Source of the DNA: the human T2T-CHM13v2.0 reference genome, Homo sapiens
Reading direction: 5' to 3' (one strand)
Length of the DNA: 64,000 nt
Assembly (NCBI RefSeq): GCF_009914755.1
Contig: NC_060932.1
Made by a program: the position numbers and the translations under genes. Each line of letters begins with the position of its first letter. Within the stretch, counting starts at the first letter, position 1. Positions 38,298 through 52,169 of this stretch are shown in pieces. The notes beneath the pieces were generated by a model. That model ran no database searches, was not told the DNA's origin, and saw nothing but the letters and a program-made list of their open reading frames with translations.

Positions 38298-40373
38298 GTA
38301 ACCTTTGAGGTGGTTTGGAAAAAACTAGCTCTTTGGCTCTAAACTAGCTAAAACTTTTTTTTAAAAAGAGGAAAATCATTATTACAAGGTGAAGAACACT
38401 TTCTGTCAAACTGTCCTACACTCTGAAAGGCGGTCTTAAAACTGAATATGCCTTTGAATCTGTCACTATCAATTGTGAAAAGTATATTAGTATATTATAT
38501 TTTGATTCACCTAGAAAGAAAAAAATGCTAGCAATTGAATTATCATAGGTCATCCACTGTAAGTTTCCTTCTTATTTCAGAGATATTAAATGTAATAAAA
38601 AGAAATAGACATCTTAGAATCAATGAAATACAGTAAATGATCTATATACAATTTAGTTATAACAGTGAGCACAGAAGACATGTTGTTTACATGGGCTGGG
38701 ATTCAATTCTTTAGATTGTATAAAACTTAGACTTATTTGTCTTACTACAGGATTTTATAAAGTATATATAAGACGATAAGATACAGAAGATATAAATATG
38801 TCAATATGAGTGTTGATATAGATACAAACATATAAAAAGAAAACACTTCTTTGATTAACCTTGTTCAAAATGTTTCCAATATATTAATGGAATGTAATAT
38901 CAATGGTATTATACATTCCATTTAAAATAAAGTAAATTTTGATAAAAATTATGCTTATTCTAGAAAAGGATAATTTTTTGTGTGGTGGTTTTATGAAAGA
39001 AATTCTATACTTCTTTCCCTACCAAATAAAAAATAATAATACTGCTGTAATTGGGAATAATAAAAAAAACTAATAAGTAAGGTCATAAAAACTGTAAAGT
39101 CATCAAATGCAGTAATAATTAATTTCCTTGTTAAAAATTTTTGCTTTTATTTTCCATTTCTTTATGAAACTCAGTCCCATTTACTTGAATTATTCTTCTC
39201 ATTATATATTGGCTTCCTTAGAAATGACTGTGATTCTTTCTCTTTAGTCCCAAAGGAAAGTTTTAATTGTGTGTTGCCATGATAAGTTGAATTATTAAGA
39301 TACATATTACCATATATTTCTACAACTTTCTAATTTTAGAGGGTTTTATCAAGAACACCACTTACTTTAGATGTAGCTGAGATCCAGAAAAAAAGCAAAG
39401 CAGACCATTTGTATTACCATTCACTTACTCAACCAGGGCTGGAGAATGGAAGCCAGGATCTCCCACCATGAAAGCTTTGATAACTTTTCACTGATGAGCC
39501 TACAATTGTAGCAACTGAGCTGTGAAACGAACCAGCTATTCATTCTAGTATTAATAACTATCATAGTATTTGGAGGTAATAAAAACAATTTGAGATTCAA
39601 CTCCATCATTAAACAGCTAAAACTTTAGTAAATATATTAGCAAATACAAACACAAAAAAATGAAGAATTTGAAGAGTGAATTTGTGAGGTAAAAAATGCA
39701 TCTGTGAAGCAAAGAGTTGGGTTTCTCATAAAGATTGTTAGATGTTGTGGCTTTAAGCAAAGCAGCCTCTGAGCAGACACAGGGGTGGGGGTAGAATTTG
39801 GTGGTGATAGTAATTCTAGTAAGTGAAAGGGAGAAGGGGCAGTGGAGACATGCATAGCATAATGGAGGTAAGAAGAAATCCATTCTAAAAATTTTAATTT
39901 AATCATTGGTAAAAATAAAAGTGCTACAGAAATGATGACATTGGGGGTACAGTAAATTTAAGAGCTCTAGATAGCAAGAGGTTCATCTTTAGCAGAAATT
40001 TATTATATGAAACAAATAATTTAAATCACAAAATTAGTATCAGAGTTTCTATCCTTAAGATTTTAAGGAATCAAGCAAAAAAAAAGATTTCTCTTTTTCA
40101 AATTTTTTACAACAGAATTCAATTTGAAAAATACCGAATGAGGAAAAAATTCAGCACAATAATTCTGTTGGCACATGGCCTGCCAAGGAATCTCTTCTTA
40201 CTTCTGAGATGCCTAATCTTATCTCCATTTCCTTGAAAGCTCATCTCAATGTCAGCTGCTTCATGTAGCCTTTCCTGATCCGCATAAGCAAATGCAATTG
40301 CTCTATATGGCATTTATTCAATTATACATATTCTCGTGAACATTTATATGCTTGACTTATCTGCATTCTAGAT

Positions 40374-40714
40374 CTGGAGTTGGCATCCTTTTTCTATGAA
40401 GGAATAGGCATTGAATATTTTAGCCTTTGTCAGTCATTTGGTCACTTTTCCAGCTATTTAATTTGGCCATTTTCATATGTAAGCAAGCATAGATGGCACA
40501 CAAATGAATGAATGTGGCTGTGTTCCACTTAAACTTTATTTATGGACACTGAACTTTGCATTTCATAGACTTTTTACAGGCCACACAATATAATTCTTCT
40601 TTTGATTTTGTTTCCAACCATCTTAAACGGTAAAAATCCTTCTTAGTTTGCAAGCCACACAAAAGCAGATGGCAGACCAGATCTGGTTCCCAGACCATGG
40701 CTTGCCAACCTGTG
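40374..40714. mobile_element. MER58B (hAT-Charlie MITE)
   Basis: Degenerate TIRs (ctggagttggca / ttgccaacctgtg); internal gtggctgtgttccacttaaactttatttatggacactgaa. Confidence 0.8.
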
Positions 40715-41019
40715 CTTGTGACCTTTTAAGGTGAGGTATCTCCTAAACTCATCTATACTATCTCTGTGTACCTATTGCATTGCTTTGCACTTAGTAGATG
40801 TGCTATACATTTTTTCAAGTGAATGCTATGCTGACATTATAGGGATAAGCTGCAGTGAAGAAAAATGGAATATGGAGAAAGTTCATCCTTTGTTCTGTCC
40901 TGAGTGTCTTCAAGCAGGTTGCCTTATTTTCCTCTTTTGTAGTGTGCTGTTCTTTTCCATTAAGTAGTTACCACAATAATTAATTATGCATTTATTTTGT
41001 GGGTTTTCATGTTTATTAC

Positions 41020-41656
41020 TATATCCATTTATATTGCTGCTATAATAAATTACCACAAACTTAATGGCTTACAGCAATACATATTTATCTCATAGTTGCT
41101 GTAGGTCAACAGTGAGATGGCTTGGCTGAGTCTCTGCTTAGATTGATACAAGGCCAAAATTGTGGTGTGAGCAGGGCTGTTCCTTTTTCACAGCTCTAAG
41201 GGAGAATCTTCTAGACTCAGGGAGGCTCTTAAAAGAATTCAGTTCCCTGCAATTGTAGGACTGAAGTTCTTATTTCCCTCATGGCCGATGGCCTGGGATT
41301 ATTCTCTGCTCCTAAATGCTGCATCATTCCTTGACCTGTGGACATTTGCCTTCAAAGGTAGTAACCACTGATCAAGTACCTCTCATGTCTCATCTGTCCT
41401 GTGTTTTCTTCTGCCCCTTCATCTCTCTCTGACTTCAATCAGGAGAGTCTCTGCTTTCAAGGGTTATTATAATTAGATTGGCCCCCTCATATAATCTAGA
41501 GAATAATTAGCTCAGCCCCCTCATATAATCTAGAGAAATCTCTACCATATCAAGATCAGTGACCCTAATCACAACTGCAAAGTCCCTTTTGCAACGTAAC
41601 ATAACATATTCAGAGGTTTCAGAATTTAGGGCATGGATATTTTGAAGGTGGTTGGG
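41020..41656 (-). mobile_element. MLT1E-like LTR
   Basis: attgctgctataataaattaccacaaacttaatggctta...ctgcaaagtcccttttgc...tagggcatggatattttg. Confidence 0.75.
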
Positions 41657-41659
41657 AGA

Positions 41660-41790
41660 ACTTGCTCATCATACTTTTGGGTACAATGTTCAATATTTCA
41701 GTAATAAGTACACTAGCAGCCCAATCCTCACCATTTTGCATTTAATAACCATGTAACAAACAAGCACATACTGTAAAATAAAAATGTTTT
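41660..41790 (+). mobile_element. Short L1PB/MA 3' fragment
   Basis: gggtacaatgttcaatattt...tacactagcagccca...ccatgtaacaaacaagcacat. Confidence 0.6.
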
Positions 41791-41959
41791 AAAGTCGCTT
41801 ATTCCTATTCTAAATAGTAACCCCATGTACATTTCTCAATAGTATTTGTCAATGTTGAAATTTACATTACTTTATGTAAACTTCTACACATGAGGGAAAA
41901 CACTGTAATATTTGTACTTTGAATGTAAATATTTTATATATAAAAACGATATATTATTA

Positions 41960-44800
41960 AATGTGCTATATGAAAAAAATCATCCTATCATTCAGTTTGA
42001 GAAATACATTACTATTATTATTATTATTGAAGTCCTATTCACACCTCTCTCTTAATGCATCCTCCTCTCCAGCCCTTTATTGTTGGTAGGGACTATTTCC
42101 TACCATTGCGATTTTACAGATGCACATGTGTAGCTATAAACAAACAGTGCTTAGGTTTATTTGTTATTGGACTTTGTATAAATAATTTATTTTCAATATT
42201 GCATGGCATACCATTATATCTGCACATGTGTAAGCATGCATGTATATAATATATAATGCACACAGTTTTACATATATAATTTTATATACAACATATTTAT
42301 AAATTATATACATAATTTTATGCATTGTTTTGTCAATGGATATTTAGATATTTAGATTATTTCTAGCGTTTTTTGCCAAACAATATGGATATATTCATTC
42401 ATTTCTTCTGCAATACATGTGTAAGAATTTCTCTCAGGATTACACAGAATAAATGGATTTTACATATCAACATTATTAAACAACAAATCTTTTCCCAAAG
42501 TAATTTTACAGAAACCAATTCTCATATAAAGAGTATAAGACTTAATGCCCTTCCACCAATACTTGGTTTTATTAGACTTGTTAATTTTGGTCTGGTTAGA
42601 AATAAAATGGGTTTTTCTGGTTATTAATGAAGTTGAAAATATTTTCATATTTGTATTGGTCTATATGTTTTAATATTTCATATGCTTCTTGAAATAATTG
42701 TCATTTTTCCCAGTGTTTTATTCTTATTTTTTGTCTCATAAATTAGATTTTTGTGTGAGGTAAGGTCTCTTAGCATCTCGCTTGCTTGAAATATCTTTGT
42801 TTCACCCTGTTTTGGAAAATTGTCACGTGAAATATGCAATTCTTTGTCAACAGATATTACTTCTACAACTTGTAAGTATTTTCCCACTGTCTTTTGATGT
42901 TGAGAAGTTCAATTTCAGCCTGATTCGCTACTTTGTAGATGATATTTATCTCTAGTGGCTATGTCTTTGGTGTTCTGTGGCCTCACCATGCGGTGACTAC
43001 ATATGTATATCTATATATTTATTATGTTTAGCTTATGTGGTGGTTTTAGAGTCTGAATTTTTACTTCTTATCAATTGCCAAAAAGTTGTAAACATTGTAT
43101 ATCCCCCATTCTTCTCTGTTCTCTTTTTAGAATAGTTAGATACATGTTAGCTCTTCTTGTTATCGTTTTTGCCACTTAAGCTATCTTTTAAAAAGTTTCT
43201 ACATCCTAGCATCTATGTGCAGCACTTATGTTATTATTAATTCTTGCATAGTAATTTATAATTAGTTTATAATTTTTTAGTTTATGGTTTATCTTTTATG
43301 CTACATTCTCTATTTAACTCATCCATGGAGATTTTGATTTGAATTACTATAGGTTTTAGTTCTAGAACTCTACAGAAGAAAATTATTCTGTGTGTTCCCA
43401 CACATTTTTCAGCCTTCTTGATAATGATGCTGTCTGCTGGGTTTTGAGCAGTGATGGTCAGCCTAGTTCTGACTACCCAAGTATTATAAATGTTGACATT
43501 CCTCTACAAGTGCTTCAGTTTTCTTTGAAGAGGAACCTGCTTTTCCTCTACTTTGAAGAGGAACCTCAGATGAGCCTGTTTGCTACCCTTCAATTATACC
43601 TTAGCTTTAGCCAAGAGGAGAACCTTATGTTGAGATGGCAGAGCTGTGAGGTTCATTCAGCTTGGATGTCTAAGTTGCTGCATAGAGGACAATTGCCAAG
43701 GGGAGTTACCTAACTCTTAGCAGGCTTTAAGTGAGTACAAGGAAATTTTGTTGTTGGGGTGGCTTTTTGCTGCAACATAGCCTTGCCTACCCTGATTAAT
43801 CCAAATTTTCAATGTTTCCTTCTCCAATTCTACTTGTTTATCTCTTATTTTTTACTTAATTTTTTAGACACAGGGTCTCAGTCTGTCACCCAGTTTGGAG
43901 TGTGGTGGCCCAATCATAGTTCACTGCAGCCTCAAACTCCTGGGCTCAAGTAATCCTCCTGGCTCAGATTCCCAAGTAGCCGAGACCACAGGTGTGTGCT
44001 ACCATGCCTGGCTTATTTGGTTACTTTATATATCCTCTTAACCTTTGTCCACTTTTTTGAATATATATTTAATTCTGTGAGCATTTTATTCTTTTTGTTT
44101 TATATTCTATAAGCAATGACTTCAATCTGATGTCCTTGGGGTTTAAATTGTTCCCTGTTGGTTTTTTCACTGCATGTATTTGATATTTCTTATAGTTATA
44201 CATTCATATTTGATTGCATTTCATCTGTGGAAGAATACAAAGAACCTAGGTTAAGAATGATTCCCTCCAGAAAGGCTTCTGCTGCAGACAGAATATGCCA
44301 ACCAACTGAGACCCCTGTTACTTAGTATCTCAGCTTCCAGTTTTCCTGACCACTCAGCTAGTATAAATGAAAGCCCCAAACTGGTGTGAGGCAAGCAAGC
44401 CTATGATATATATTCCTAAGAGCCACGTGCCCCGCCATCTCTAGCTATTGGCAAGAAATCCAGGTTTTAATGTCTGTTTCCTTTCCTTGCCACTGGATTT
44501 TTCCAGCCTGCTCTTTCACTGAGGGTATATACTTTTGGAGAAGGAAGATTTAATTACAATTTTCAGATCTCATTTCTCTTCTTCCGCAGGCCTAATAACT
44601 TGAACCTCATTTAGCTAGTCCCTGAAATTCCAGGTTGTTGCATTCTCCCCATGCCGAAAGAAAAGCTTCAGATTTCATGTTGTCTTGAAATATTGATTTC
44701 AGCTTTTAATTCCTTCTGTGTTGTTGAGAGATTTCCTTTATTGTCTTGATAACTCAGCTATGCACTTAAAAATATGTTTATTTTAGCTTAGCTCATGTTT
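41960..44800 (-). mobile_element. Patchwork of old L1M fragments
   Basis: T-rich L1-like blocks (atgaagttgaaaatattttcatatttgtattgg; gatgttgagaagttc; ttcctccagaaaggctt); boundaries approximate. Confidence 0.45.
43848..44018 (-). mobile_element. AluJ right arm / FRAM
   Basis: cagggtctcagtctgtcaccc...ctcctgggctcaagtaatcctcc...accatgcctggc. Confidence 0.85.
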
Positions 44801-47800
44801 ATATGTTTTTAATGGAAGACACTGAAAGAAAGAAAACTATATATGTCTTTATAGGCAGTTATATTCCTACCACTTAGTACTATATGAACACAAAAACATA
44901 CTAGTAAGTGTTATAGAACAATTTAGATTGAAGAAAAAAAACACAAAAATAAGACAAACTAAATATTTGCTGATTTCTCGATGTTTTAAGAATAAAAACA
45001 TAAAGATTAATATAAAACAATCAGCCTAGTTCTGACTACCCAAATATTATAAATGTTGACATTCCTCTGCAAGTGCTTCAGTCTTCTTTTAGAGTAATAC
45101 ATTACCAAAACAAATACTTCTAATTAGAGCTAATTGAAAAGTAAAGGATTTATTCATGCATTCTTCCAATTAACATACATTGATTTACAATTAAATATCA
45201 TATACTGTGCTTAGCACTGGAGATTCAAAGATAAACTATATGATTTAAATTACTTATATTTTAGGTGAATACTGGAGTTATACCTTTCAAAATAATATTT
45301 TACTAAGACTGTGTTATTGATGATTCAATCTCGTTCCATAAACATTTATTGAGCACCTAGGGAAAATCTAGCAGTGAAAATAAAGGAGGGGGAAAAATGC
45401 TATAATTATATAGAATCTTCTTTATTACTTACTGACACTGTATATCTTAAAAGAATTGACTCATCTATGTATGTTATCCCTTGCCTTTCACCTCTATTTG
45501 GATTATTTATTAATCCTTGACAAAAAAGATCAATATATTGTGAATTCATTTATATACACTTAATATCAGTGAGATAAAATATAATTATGAAAGTTCTATT
45601 ACATGAAGAAGTACAGATAGAACTATTATAGATACTTAGAGATGAGCTATGCCTCTCCCATTTCCTGTACTTTGCTGTACAAGTAGATATACTATATTTC
45701 TTCCATTATGAATTAAAATATTCTTAAATTTGTTGAAGAATTTCAATAAAGCCAATGAAAAGAATTATTAATCCCCTTGGATAGTAGTGGGAAATGTACT
45801 GTAATTGGTAGGCTTCATATCAGAGTTCTTGGAATTTCTCCAACCGCATTAGCAATTGGTCATCTTAATTACATGGCCCATTAGCTGAAATCTGCATCAC
45901 CAAACTACCACGCACAATCCTTGCCAACTCTGATCCATTCATTGTGAGGTCAAAGTTTCCTTGCTCATTGCAAAATGAAATGAGATATATTAAGTTAAAG
46001 TATTTCAAGCTCATTAAATATACAACTTCAAGTTATTCACCATATCACATACAGAAAATAACTGCAATTCTAGAGACTATGCTTCCAGTACTTTCAGAAT
46101 TTTTATAATGTAAGATAGTTCTACAAAAATCTGGACACATTCAAAAAATTTAAAAAGAACATGTCAATCACTGAGCTTCCACTTTCTATGACTTATAATT
46201 ACCCACAATATTGACACAAATGTCTCAGTCTCACTGATCATAATCATTAGTGTGTTTCTAAATAAAAAGTAGATTCAGAGCCAACTTCATCATTGTCATC
46301 AGGCATTTGGACAGAAATATCCAGGGAATCTGAAAGAAAGCCACTTTGCAATGTTTCTTTTAGCACTGTCCTTACCCAAAAGTGCTTATATAACAAATTA
46401 TTTAATGAGTTTATTCAATATTTATTTCTTCACTCAGATATTTATATTTCCGAGTATTTACTATGTGCTCCATGCTGGTACATCAAGATAAATACAAGAT
46501 ACTCCCTGAATCCAGGACACCCATGACCAAGCCCATTTTATGTAACAGAGTGCAAATTTATCAAACGTTTTTATCTAGTCCAGAGACTATTCCTCCATTT
46601 CCTCTCAAAGGACATAACAGAAAAATTATTCTGATTTCTTGCAAAAATACAAAGACTATGTTTATACATTTCTTGAATTTGTTCTAATGTATCAAAATAT
46701 TGAGCTTAACCTAGAGTATAGTATGTGATGAACTCAGGCTAGCATTATTCTAAATCATTCATATTTTTGCAAATTACCCATAAGATAAGCCATTCTAGAA
46801 TTTGCTTGGTACTGAAGACATGTTTATTGATTTATATATTATGACCCCCAGTTTTCCTTTAATAAAGGTGGTAACAAGTATCTGTTTCCTATATTCCCAT
46901 ATTTCCTTCTAGTTCCCCCGAATCCTTAGAGATCACTGAGAACATTTCAAACGCATGTGCAAGTTCTCATAGTAACTGAGCTCCATTGTTGTGAGTTGGA
47001 AGAGCTGCTAAGTAGTCACTTTACACTTTTCATTCAATCATGATTTCATATGAATGCTTATTCTAAAATAAGATAAAGATTCTAAAAATATTTCCTTTTG
47101 ACATGAAGCAAAATAGAAATGGTTGAGTAGAACTACTTTCTTGAACTCTTTGCATTACAACTTTTGTTTCAGTGAGTAGTCATGCCTTAATATTCTTCAT
47201 TCATTGAACAAAATAACCAAAAAAAAAAGAAATTAAAAAGCATTTTTGTTGTCCATATATTTTTTCACTGCAGATCTAAGCATCCTTGGTGTATCTTACA
47301 TTGCTCTGTGTTACTGTAAAGAACATCCTCAGCTAAATGTCATCCAGGCCATCTTTTCCACCAATTCTTTCAAAATAATGCCTTATTGGATTGCTGTCTA
47401 TCTAGCTATATCTCTCTACATATATTACCTTCCCCATTTTCTTTATCACTAAGATCAATGTAATTTTAGAGTCTAATATGCATTTTGGGAGCCTCCCAAC
47501 CTTTTTAACTCATCCCCCCTTTTAGTGGGTCAAGCAGTGGCATCAAATCTGTTGTGGTGGAAGTTTTAGAGAGTATATAACTAAAGTCGAATCATCTTAT
47601 GCAACTCTGGCTGTCTGGAAACAGGAATAAAGCAGTTTCCTGAAAGAAACTGTGTAGATAGGATGAGCTCTATAGAGTTCAATCTAGTTTCTTATCCTAT
47701 TAGGCCTAGGAAGAAGAGATAAAAGAACCATTAAAGTGGTACAGACATGTCCTGACCTTGTGATTGCACCCTAATCTTTGACAACGGTTACCTCCTGTGA

Positions 47801-48038
47801 TCAGCGAAGAGGCTGCTAATGCTGAGGAATTTCAGCAATGATGTTCTTTTTTGGCGGTGGCAAAGGTAAAGGGAACAAAATCACACTTTGTGTTATTTTG
47901 TAGGCTATGGCTACACAGTGTTATTGAAATAGGTTAGAGGAAACTGAGACAAACTTCTACCACCTTGGAAGCTAAGACACAAGTGAGAGCAGGGAGAGGT
48001 GACAATTTTAAAGAGATAGCCAAAGAACAATAGGGTAT

Positions 48039-48082
48039 TTTATTATTATTAGCATCATCATCATCATCATCACCATCATCAT
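48039..48082. repeat. (ATT)n(CAT)n trinucleotide STR
   Basis: tattattattagcatcatcatcatcatcatcaccatcatcat. Confidence 0.85.
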
Positions 48083-50299
48083 CTAGTACTATGACCATAT
48101 ATCTAGGTTGATATTGCCTGGGAGCTCCTTATCTCTGCAGAATTTACACTTTTCCTTTTATAGCATTTTTGACACATGTCTAATTCCGTCCAGCATTCCA
48201 TTCACTAGTAATTGAGAACTCTAAGGTGACAAGGCCCTTCTCACAAGAACTCCATTACTCTCTTATTAAAAAACAATTTTTCCTGTTTTAAAAATTAGGT
48301 TAAGAGTAGGTCACATCACTCCTTCTATCTTCTATTTAAAATTGAATAAAAATTTCAGCAGCTACCTGAACAGTTGAAGATACAGAAAGAGAAATAAATG
48401 TTATTTGAATGTCCATTATGTTCCAAGTACCTGTATTTTAAACTTTTACATATATTATATTTAGTATTTTAATATCTCAAACTTTATATTTTGAGATAAA
48501 CTGATCGGTGTTTAGGAAGAGAAGAGAGAATATGGGGGAAAGATGGATGAGACGGAAAGATCAGAAACTCTGACCCTCACAGAGTTTAGAATGCAGAAAC
48601 ACAATTACATGGCTCTCCACTCTACTGCTGAGCCTCTTCTCTCTTTGGGATGGCATCATGCATTTCTTCGTCTGGGTACACTGGCACACTACCATAGTCA
48701 GAAAATGACAATTTTCTTTCTTTTTTTTCTCATTCCTAGTAGACTCTTTGCTTAAAGGCAGGGAGCGACCATTCAGGGCTAATTAGCTCTTCTCCCTGGC
48801 AGACTGGGTTCCATTCCTGTATCTGTCTCCCTACCTGCCTGTCTAATGTGAATATAGCTGCACCCCATGGAAGTTTCTGTTCTTGTCTCCACACCCAGGA
48901 CTTAGCCTATCTCATTCCCTACCATACCAATAATAATAATAATAATGATAATATAAATAAATAACTGAATCCTTCTAAGGAATGGAGTGTTTTTTGGCTA
49001 AAAATTAAGAGAGTTCATGGAAGGACTTTTTACAGCTCAGAGCACAAAACTTTGCTTCAAAATTTCTGTTTTCTTTCCAAGCTAGGTCCACAGCATCAGC
49101 TCCTATCCCTTTTAAATTCTGCCTTTCAGTTTCTCTTTCTCCTTCCTCTGACATTCTTCACTTCCACCTTGGCCCTTTCATGTCTTTTGTTTGCTTCAAA
49201 TGTGGATTAATTTATCTCCTCTAATACACTGCATCCTACAGTCATCATTTATAAGTCTCCAAGTTGACAAAAGGACAGCAAATAACAGATCCTCCCATTT
49301 GTTATCTCAATCCATCCTCCTTATAAAGTGACTGTAAAATTATCATATGACATACATTTTTGTCACATATTTAACACTTTTTGAATGTCTTTTATGTACA
49401 AGACTCCTTGTGAAGTGTCAAGAAGGTAGAAAGAAGTAATATACAACCACTCAGAAACTGCCTCCATCGATAAAGGCACTCACAGATAAATACATAATTA
49501 GATGAACAGGATATACACAGATACATATTCAATGATACAGGTAGCTTAGGTGTTAAAGGATGAGAGATGAGAAAGGTTGAGTAAGATAGCAGTCACATGT
49601 AGAGCTATGAACTAAAAGTTTGGTCAGCGATGTTGCCCCACTTCTGAGTAAAAAGAATTCTTGAAGTCTTAAGCACAGACAACATGAGGAATGGGAGGGA
49701 CAATGATGAGTGGTGCATCATTAGGCTCACAGTGATTCATATGAGCTGTGCTTGTGTTCCCTCCAGTGAAATCTCCCTTGGTTTCTGATCCACACTTTGG
49801 ATTTCCATACCATAAGCAGTCCCACTGTTCCTGCCCCCATTTGTAATTATTTTGTCCTGGGTACTTCCTCCATTTTTATCCCCTTATCACATCATTCCTA
49901 ATATTTTCAAAAAAATTACATTTTGTAGATTTACCCAAGTCTTTTTTCTCCCTCCCACCACTGGCCACTGAATTTTCATATTGAAGGGGTCTTCATAACA
50001 TAATATTTTGATAAATATAAAAGATGCAGTCACCCTCGGGAAAAGATTCCTTCTTGAAGTATTTTAAACCATGGCCCAAAGAAGCACATTTTTGTTTATT
50101 AAAATAATATTTGTAGCCAGTCATCTTTTCCCAAATTTTCAATTGTTTTCCTAAATCTCATGCTTTATGAGAAAGAATAAATAAAATGCTCCCCTTATTT
50201 CTAAATTATTTTTCCCCCAAGGTAGCACATATGCCATAAAAATTACTTTCTGGTGTTTCTTCATCCCTATTCTTCCTTACCACTTGTATGAGTGATTGT

Positions 50300-50555
50300 A
50301 CTCATTCAACAAATATTTAAATGAACCTTTGATTCTGTTAGCTTCTGGAGATATTGGTGCAAAAGAAGACTTCAAAGATCCTGAGTCAAATGGGAAAAAC
50401 CATGCAACATGATGACTAGAATGAACATGGTATCCTCAGAGTGTTATAAAAACCCAGAGAACAGGTACGTACTTCTTAATTCCATGGGGGTTAAGGCGTG
50501 TGTGGAGGCAGCAGGCTCAGGGAAGGCCTCCAAGAGGACATAACACTTGAGCTAT
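50300..50555 (-). mobile_element. L2 fragment
   Basis: tcattcaacaaatattta...cagggaaggcctccaagaggacataacacttgagct. Confidence 0.6.
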
Positions 50556-50900
50556 TGCTACTGCAATCAGTTGCACCATCATCTATCAAAATGTTTAAGT
50601 TGGAAGCCAAGAATTCAGCCACTTCAACTCATTCTCCCAAACATTTCCCTCAACAAGTTCTGTTGATGCTGTCCTTTGCCTCCTTAAAACCACTTGAAAA
50701 TTTGCAGTTTTCTCCGTCCTTGTGCCCTATCTTATTTACACTTCTAAAAAAAAAGAGAGAGAGAGAGAGAAAGAAAACTATTTCTGGTGTATATATTTGT
50801 GTAGGAAGATAGTTTTTGGAGATTGCATTTATAAAACACAATAAACTTTCTCCCTTTGTTGACATGAAAAAAAAATACACTTCTATCTTTCTCTAGAATA

Positions 50901-50960
50901 CAGGCAGTCCTTGACTTATACTTCCGCTTACGACTTTTTGACTTTATGATGGTACAAAAG
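50901..50960. mobile_element. Terminal fragment of a Tigger-family MITE
   Basis: ta|caggcagtccttgactta...cttacgactttttgactttatgatggt resembles a Tigger TIR after a TA site. Confidence 0.55.
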
Positions 50961-51734
50961 AAATAAAGTTTTTATCCATTCATCATTGATGAACACTTAA
51001 TGTTGATTTCATATCTTGGCTATTGTGAATAATGTTACAATGAACATGAGAGTGCAATTATCTCTTCAAGATACATTTCAATTCTTTTAGATTTATAACC
51101 AGAAGATTGCTAGATCATATGGTATTCCTATTTTTAACTTTTGAGGAACCTCCACACTATTTTTTATAATAGCTATAACAATTTACATGTCCCAAAACAG
51201 TGTGCACATGTTCCCTTTTCTCTACATCCTCATCAACACTTGTTTTCTTTTGACTTTTTGATAATAGGCATTCTAACAAGTATCAGGTGATACCTTATTG
51301 TGGTTTTTATTCATATTTATCTGGTCATTAGTAATGTTGATAATTTTTTCATATAATTGTTGGACATTCATGTGTCTTCTTTTGAGGAATGTTTATTTAT
51401 TTCCTTTGTCCATTTTTTAAATTGGATTCTCTGCTTTCTTGCTATTGTTTGAATTCCATATATTGTTTGATATTAACCCCTTGCCAGGTGTATGATTTGC
51501 AAGTATTTTCTTCCATTTCATAGGTTGTGTCTTCTTTTGCTGTGCAGAAGCTTCTTTGTTTGGCACAATTCTATATGTCTATTTTTTCATTTGTTTTTGC
51601 TTGTGCATTTGGGATCACACCCAACAAATCATTGCCCAGACCAATGTCGACACTTTTTTTCTATGTTTTATCTAGTAATTTTAGTGTTTAGGTCTTACGT
51701 TTAGTTAATCTATTTTGAATTGATTTTTGTACAT

Positions 51735-52169
51735 TATTATGGGTTGAATTTTGTGTCATGAAAAGAGATGTTGGAGTCCTAACCCCAAGTTTGTCCTCAA
51801 ATTTGACTGTATTTAGAGATAGGGTCTTTAGAGAGGGATGATGATAAAATGAAGTAATTGGGGTGTGCTATATTCTGATATGACTAGTGTCCTTATAAAA
51901 GGAAAAAAACATGGATGCTGGGATAGACATGCACACAGGGAGAATGCTGAGTGAAGATTAGAGTTCTGCTGCCACAAACCAAAGAACTATCAGAAACTAG
52001 GAGAAAAGCCTAAAAGCAGATCCTTTCCTAGCACCTTCAGAGGAAGCGTGACGCTGCTGCAAACTTCATTGCAGACTTCCAGCCCCCTGAGCAATTAGAT
52101 AATAAATGTCTGTTGTTTAAGCCACACACTTTGTGGTACTTTGTTATGGCAGCCTTGTCAAACTAATCA
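51735..52169 (+). mobile_element. MLT1B LTR nested in L1
   Basis: tattatgggttgaatt...cagatcctttcctagcaccttcagagg...aactaatca; TSD tacat / tacct. Confidence 0.85.

Noticed and set aside
39470-39545. CTGATGAG...GAAAC resembling a hammerhead ribozyme core
   Set aside because: Stem II cannot close next to GAAA and there is no correctly placed NUH cleavage triplet or stem III. The CTGATGAG near 28988 lacks GAAA altogether.
47820-47837. tgctga-ggaatt-tcagca MAF-like palindrome
   Set aside because: The 6-nt spacer does not fit canonical MARE spacing, and there is no other support.
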